Source: Octopus vulgaris
Lineage: Eukaryota
NCBI GenBank assembly: GCA_951406725.2
Contig: OX597815.1
Coordinates: 184,884,001-184,948,000 of the forward strand
Reading direction: 5' to 3'
Length of the DNA: 64,000 bases
Positions within the stretch are counted from its first letter, which is position 1; every line of letters begins with the position of its first letter. Under the pieces are notes generated by a model. The model made no database searches. It saw nothing but the letters and a program-made list of their open reading frames with translations, and was not told the origin of the DNA. Positions 57,176 to 64,000 of the stretch are shown piece by piece. A program made the position numbers and the translations under genes.

Positions 57176-57216
57176 CTGCATTGATAAAGGGCAACTACCC
57201 TGAAACATGTCTGCAG
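57176..57216 (+). ncRNA. Type-I hammerhead with U3-A8 core variant
   Basis: ctgca TTGATAA aggg-caacta-ccct GAAAC at GTC tgcag. Confidence 0.75.
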
Positions 57217-57516
57217 ATGTCTGACCTCCCCTGTTCGAAGGTTATAATGGACGCAGGTTCGTGTGTCATATAGCTAGCTAGAGGCGATGGCCTCTTGGAG
57301 CTAATCAGCTGCAGTTTTAGTCTTATATTTATAGACTACCATATTAGCTTGGCGATAACTATTAATATCCAGTATCGCTGCCGTAATCTCCTTTAGAGAG
57401 ACTTAGAAATTTTAATGTTTCTACTTTTGAAAACAAGTGGATGTATTCCAGTGAAATTAGGTAAATAAATCCTTCGAACAGACGGTCAGTAGCGACACCT
57501 GCTGGGTCTGGCTACT

Positions 57517-57557
57517 CTGCATTGATAAAGGGCAACTACCCTGAAACATGTCTGCTG
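57517..57557 (+). ncRNA. Second copy of the U3-A8 hammerhead
   Basis: Same motif with one mismatch in stem I (tgctg). Confidence 0.7.
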
Positions 57558-57783
57558 ATGCCTGACCAGCAAGGGAAAGCGGCTGACCTCCCCTGTTCGA
57601 AGGTTATAATGGACGCAGGTTCGTGTGTCATATAGCTAGCTGGAGGCGATGGCCTCTTGGAGCTAATCAGCGGCAGCTCTAGTCTTATATTTATCGACTA
57701 CCATATTAGCTTGGCGATAACTATTAATATCCAGTACCGCTGCCGTAATCTCCTTTAAAGAGACTTAGAAATTTTAATGTTTC

Positions 57784-57833
<50 letters not shown>

Positions 57834-57989
57834 ATCGGGGGTGGGGGGAGTTCCTTCCTTGGCCCTGCTTGGAGCTTCTCCTGTATCAGGAGGACTCTGT
57901 CATTCATATTATCACATACTTTGTAGACTATGTCTATCGCATTTTATTGTATTTTCAATTTCTCTATTCATATCCTTTATGTGAATTCC

Positions 57990-58392
57990 CACACAAATTC
58001 TTGTCTCTCATTGTGGCGTCCCCTACACGCATGTCCTTAATTATTGGTACTACTACCATCTTTTTCATCGACCACAACTGCTTAACCTCCCAATCTAGCC
58101 TGTCATATCTATCGACATTTCTTTCTTCCTTATCGTATACCTTGTTGTCAGTTGGGGATGCTATATTATTATTATTATTATTATTTCTTCGTAATACAGT
58201 GTAGGTAAAATTGCAGAGTAGTCCTTAGTCATCAGTCAAGTCACAACTAGGACCTCAGACAGATAATACTTTCCTTAAGATGTGCGCTGTGCCCAATAAG
58301 GCTGCTTTTTGCAAGACATCAATCTTGCATGGGATTTCCAGTTGCCTTAAGAAATTTTGAAGTTTCAATGGTATTGAGCCCAACGCTCCGGC
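57990..58392 (-). mobile_element. Two further R4/Dong-type endonuclease 3' fragments separated by (TTA)n
   Basis: GALGSIP..LQKAALLGTAHILRKVL* (58165-58390) and RYDRLDWEVKQLWSMKK..VVPII (57990-58160). Confidence 0.75.
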
Positions 58393-58539
58393 TATTTCGC
58401 AGCTTTATAGGTGCGAAAACACTGGTCACTCCCTGACAGGCCATAACAAACAACCTTATATATATAATATAATATTATATTATATTATATTATGAAATAA
58501 GAGCAGGAAGATTACAAACTTCTAAACTTTTTAGGGTTG

Positions 58540-59610
58540 ACCATAATATCTTACTCCCAAAATTGGCAAATGTTGGAATCCCTGGAAAACTTTTACACTG
58601 GATTAGATATTTCCTGGCGAATAGAAGTTGTGGTCGATGGAGTCCACTCAAGCCCAGAAAAAGTCACCAGTGGTGTCCCTCAGGGGACTGTCTTAGTCCC
58701 GCTCCTCTTTATAATTTACATAAATGACCTTTCCAGCGTCGTAAATTACTGCAAAGTGAAAGTATTTGCTGATGACACTAAGCTCCAGAAAATCATCAAT
58801 GAAGAAGAACGAACTCAACTCCACTCTGATCTATATGCTATGAGTCAATGGGCAGACAAAAACAAAATGCAACTAAACGAGGGAAAATTCGAGCTGATGC
58901 ATTTTGGAAGACAGTCTATACTAAAACAGCCATGTATATCTTCTGTGATGACTATACTAAAACAGCCATTAGATGGTGAACCGCTCACGACATCTAATAA
59001 TATCAGAGACCTGGATGTAATTGTTGATAACAATCTCAGTTGGAGTCTCCCCATAAAAAACAAAACATCTGGAGGATTGAATCACCCCAGAAGGCACTCA
59101 CTAAACGAATTGAAGACATGGCTGCTCTTGATTATTGGGACCGCCTTAAAGCCTTGAAACTCTACTCTCTCTAGCGCCGATGTGGAGAATATACCGCCAG
59201 CATTGCCCAAACGACCTGAACATTAGTTTCAAGGTTCATCCAAAGCTGGGATCACGATCCATACGTCCCCTGCCCAATTCAGGATCACAACATATAGGTA
59301 CACTGCGACATAATTTCTTTTCCTCAACATTGTCCCTGCCCTGTTTAACATTGTTCCAAAACTGATTAAAGAGGAAAAGGATCCCATCACCTTTAAACGG
59401 AGTCTGGACAAATTTCTTCGAGGAATAGCAGATAAGCCACCCATATCTGGATACAACTCACTCAACAAGAACTCACTACTTGAATGGACTACAATACCAG
59501 AAAACTTGACTTAAAAAGGATTTAGATAATCCTATCAGGTGGTACTATTAAGTTAGACATGACCTGGACCAATCTTTGGTCGAAACATATCTAAGTTTTA
59601 TCTAAGTTTT
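58540..59610 (+). mobile_element. CR1-clade LINE, 5'-truncated and degenerate
   Basis: SGVPQGTVL.PLLFIIYINDL, FADDTKL; 3' tandem tail TATCTAAGTTT x2. Confidence 0.9.
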
Positions 59611-59829
59611 ATATATTTATAAATCTATCTATTAATACAATATTATTTTGGATGTATATCTTCTGTGATGATTTTTTGATGTAATTTTGCTGCTCCTAAT
59701 TTTATAATATGATATATAATCACTCTTATTAAATTTCTAAATACCTTTAATGTTTTAGACATTTCCCTACCAAGAGCATTTATTAGAAATTCAGTATATT
59801 GTATTCCCATTGAATATATCTGATTAACG

Positions 59830-59868
<39 letters not shown>

Positions 59869-59875
59869 AATTATT

Positions 59876-59990
59876 AAGGTTGCTATTCACAATTTAGAGC
59901 CGAAAGGCAACAAGTTTAGTCATCACCAAAGTGATTTTAGTGACGACTGTACTCGTTGCCTTTTGGTTCTAAATCGCGAATAGCCACCTA
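59876..59990. mobile_element. Hairpin (foldback) MITE-like element
   Basis: ~55-bp imperfect inverted arms with almost no loop. Confidence 0.65.
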
Positions 59991-60031
59991 AATCTCCTAA
60001 TATAATAATGAGCATAGTGTTTCAATATATT

Positions 60032-60114
<83 letters not shown>

Positions 60115-60754
60115 TTGTCCAGAATCACGCCGGACGCGGAGGAGGAAAGAGAATCGTAATTCAGTGACGGAGAAGTAGTGAGAGTAATAGCCCTGACTGA
60201 GAGGGACTGAGAGAGAAAGTAATAGCAATGAGAGAAAGGAAGGAGTGATAGATGGATAAGGAAGGAAGGCGTGAAAAAAAAATCCGCGTTTCAACTCTGT
60301 GTGAGTATACATGTGTATGTGTGTGCGTTTACAAGGAAAGTATGTGAATGTTTGTATGTGTGATTGTGATGTACCTTATCTCGTACCTTATTTATATATG
60401 AACTACTACAATTAGCCATCATTATTGATGGCACGTGATTCGCTAGAAATGTATAATTCTCACTTCACCATTCTCGAAACTAGTCAGTGTTTCCTATGAC
60501 GTTCTCTATAAGGCTGACAAGGGAGACTTAGGTTCTTTAACCTTCGGCGACGCAGTACTGGGTTACCGATGAAGGTTAATTAAATCTGAATTCAGCGCTG
60601 ATATAATTCCATCTTGTTTGTCGTAGGGACGGAACCTGTCCCCCTTGTCAGTTGTTAGAAAAGTGCTCTCACGTGGCTAAGAGTTGTCTTGATTCTTTTT
60701 TTCTAGCAATGCTGGTGCTCACTAGCACCCTCTGTCATTTTAGTCACGAATATA

Positions 60755-60793
<39 letters not shown>

Positions 60794-61592
60794 AGATAGA
60801 TAGATAGATAGAGAGAGAGATAGAGATAGATAGATAAATAGATACATAGATAGATAGATACATAGATAGATAGATAGATAGATAGATAGGTATATGTATG
60901 CGTCTATGTATGTACGTATGTATATTTGCATGTGCGCATATGTGTACGTCTATGTATTTGGATGTATATTACTTTGTGTGTGTGTGTATGTGTGTGTGTA
61001 TGTGTGTGTGTGTGTGTTTATATGGTATATGCTTATGCACACACACACACACATTTGTCAACAATCGTTCTTCCCTAAATGCAAGGCATTTATACTTATG
61101 TTGCAGCGGAACACAATATTGTCAGTGAAAGCACACAAAATACGAAAAACGAAGCATATATGCAGATTTTGTAAAAAAAAGAAAAGAAACGGTACTAATT
61201 GACGAATAAAGTTTTTTCTTCTTTTTCATAAGAAAGTACAAGTTATTTTCGTTTTTGACTTAATACTTATTATTGGAAGCATAGCAAATATTAGTCAATA
61301 ATCGGTATAGGTATTTTTTTTTACTAATTACTGCGATACATTTTATGTTTTTGTTCTTGTAATAAATATGTATTCTTTCATTAACACAGTTTTCTAATTA
61401 GAAACGGGTAGCTTCTAGACAAATTGTCGCTGTTATTGTTTATCGTTTTAGACTTAATAAAAAAAAGAAATTTAAAATGCTTAATTAGCAAGCCTTTGTA
61501 TTTTCCATGTTATAGCAGAGTCACACTTCCAGATTTGAGTCTCAAACCGAACATGAATCACGCCCCCGATCACCTACTATACGGTGAATATA

Positions 61593-61825
61593 CAGGGTGT
61601 TCAAGAAGTCTCTCCGCAGTGAATATTTTCCTCCTGCGCATCACCATGGTGCTACTTAAAGAGGTTTTCAGTGAACGGATTATTTCTAAGGGACATTGGC
61701 CACCAAGATCACCTAATTTAACACCGCCTGACCATTTTATCTATGGAGCAAGTAAAGGACCAGTGTAAAAGAATCGCCCGAAAACCATTAAATACTTACT
61801 GCGGAGATACTTTATGAACACTCTG
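61593..61825 (+). mobile_element. Internally deleted Tc1/mariner element
   Basis: 28-bp TIRs CAG(G/A)GTGTTCA..AAGT.TCTCCGCAGT, left TA, residual WPPRSPNLTPPD motif. Confidence 0.85.
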
Positions 61826-62350
61826 TTGTTCCCTTTTTTTTGTATTGCGTATATGTAAGTAGCAACACACCTTCCTTGTTATTTATTCACATCTATTCTT
61901 ATTTGCCACGCCACATTATACTTTGAATACTTTTGTATCAGCCAATCAACGATATTTTGTTGTTTTCGCAAATCCAGTTCATGTGTTAAAGAAGTATCTA
62001 TAGAACGGAAATTACAGAATGAAAAAAGTGATTTATATAGAAAAACGTTATATATATCACTCCGATATATGCTAGCCATATTATCGAATTAACTTGTATA
62101 TTGAAAATATATTTTTGGAGAATTGCTATTGATTCCTTGTATAATCAAATATATATAATTGTAAACGTAGCTCTATTTCACAGACTATGCGAACAATTTT
62201 GTTCGCACTTTTCTTAAATAAATGGTACCTTCGATTCCATGCAATGAATTTTTGCTATAATCAGACACAGCATTTTGAAATTTTTTTGAAAAAAAGCAAT
62301 TTAAAATTAACTCTTTCGTTTCTTTTTTATCCTCTCATCAGTCCAAAATA

Positions 62351-62633
62351 GGTACTACTTGAGAGCAGTGGTCCCGGTGCGCGCACTCGCGTAGTCGCGC
62401 ATCCGCGGTAGCTAGTCGTGACTAGTCGATCGTACAACGACTACCTAGCAAAGTAAATAAAAGACAAAATAAATAATTTTTTTACACAAAGTAAATAAAA
62501 CACAAAAACACAAAGTAAATAATTTTTAAAACAAAGTAAATAACACACAAAAACACAAAGGATCGACTAGTCATGACTAGCTAGCGCGGATGCGCGAGTG
62601 CACGCACCGGGACCACTGTTCTCAAGTAGTACC
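62351..62633. mobile_element. Mutator-like MITE with ~65-70-bp GC-rich TIRs and internal CAAAGTAAATAA repeats
   Basis: TIRs start GGTACTACTTGAGA; 9-bp TSD TCCAAAATA/TTCAAAATA. Confidence 0.8.
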
Positions 62634-64000
62634 TTCAAAATATATGTTGGAAACGCACTCCGTGCAAAGACCTATTACAGATGTGTTTCGAGTAAATTAA
62701 TTTACTGTTAATTGGTTATATATGTAATTACATCAAATATTACCAGTATCAATATTGAACTTCATTTCTGTGGAATCAAGAAATACTTAAAATAATTGAT
62801 TAATAAAAATAAGATTGATTAAAAAATACATAAAATACACACATACAAACATACATACAGAAACCCACATATAAATGAGTTGTTTTGCTTTATAAGTTTT
62901 TCAACGTTATTAAAATGTCACAAGGTAAGTTTCAACAGTTCTTGACGCATTGAACAGATCTATAAAGTCTTCTTTCAGTCTGCCATTCCTATAACCAAGC
63001 ATCTATTCGCAATCAACCCTTTATAAACTATGGAACTACTGCTCCAATATGAAATAAGCATGTTTTAGACTTGGTTATTTAGTAACTTGAACCGAGATAA
63101 ATTATAAGATTTACCTTGTAGAATCGCTGAACAAAATCCTTATGAATATGCTTCGGTATTGTCTTGAGCAGAAGATGAATTGACTTAATATTCTAGATTA
63201 TATATTTCGTTGAAATGATCTCTCTTTAAGAAGGGCATTTCCAATACAGAGCCAAGCACTTCATATCGGAAACCCTTACGCATTTTCATGTATATTATAT
63301 ATATGTATACGTATGCACGTACATACACACACACATACACGCACAATCACACTGATTTATATATACTATTCAATTTTGGTTCTACGACTTGATAGCGTTT
63401 GAATTTACCATTCTTGAGGATTTCCATTTAATTTCTAATATATATGCATATATGCAGAGGGAAATCTGTTCCAGGCAGATATATAATCACTGTCAATTGG
63501 ATGGGATTATATTTAATTTGAAAGCGATTTATTATTATTTTTGTTTTGTTCCGTTTATCGTCGTCAGATATTATATGAGCCTACATCTTATAGCGAACAC
63601 ATTAACATGCATCAGTTCACGTTTTCAATACGCTCAACACACGCTGCACACACAAACACACATACATACATATGTATGGGTCCTAAATCTAATGGTAAGG
63701 ATTATAAGAAGCACAATTTCCACAATAGCGGAACAGAGACTAATATATAAATTTTGGAATATGAAAATACAGGACAAACTGAAAGACAATGCGAAGTAAC
63801 GATATATTTCCTTCAAAGAAAATCGATAGACATACCATTTATCTCATATGTAGATGAATTGGTCAGGATATTTCTTACAATTATATTAACACAATGATCA
63901 AATCTGGAGTATTGTATGTGTGTATTGCTTTCGTTTATACTGAATAACGTTGAAGAGATATTAAATATGAGAAATTTCAATGTCTCTATACATTTCTTGC

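Larger units (their letters stand above)
56851..57787 (+). mobile_element. Retrozyme/Penelope-like tandem element (P6): two ~341-360-bp units preceded by two inverted fragments, in (TA)n
   Basis: Units start at 57110 and 57451. 56851-57012 and 57012-57102 are reverse complements of parts of the unit. Confidence 0.8.

Overview
This is AT-rich, microsatellite-dense eukaryotic DNA made almost entirely of repeats. The SINE and LINE content suggests an octopus or other coleoid cephalopod genome, intronic or intergenic (inference from repeat types). No intact host gene is visible: there are only two weak candidate exons, and most ORF-track entries are microsatellite translations. Identified elements: a Tx1/L1-like ORF1, several R4/Dong-type LINEs clustered in (TAA)n, Hero-like, RTE and CR1 LINE fragments, Tc1/mariner relics, non-autonomous Helitrons, MITEs (one Mutator-like with a 9-bp TSD) and three abundant tRNA-derived SINE families. 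The most interesting signal is a set of about 10 type-I hammerhead ribozyme motifs from about 6 distinct Penelope-like/retrozyme-like families, all in or beside (TA)n. They include a ~341-bp tandem, circularly permuted unit with a compensatory U3-A8 core, a perfect 159-bp palindrome with a canonical hammerhead on each arm, and two motifs with very long stem II inserts. A second theme is a SINE that repeatedly forms head-to-tail multimers at one fixed junction. All RNA structures were read by eye; no folding software or database search was run.
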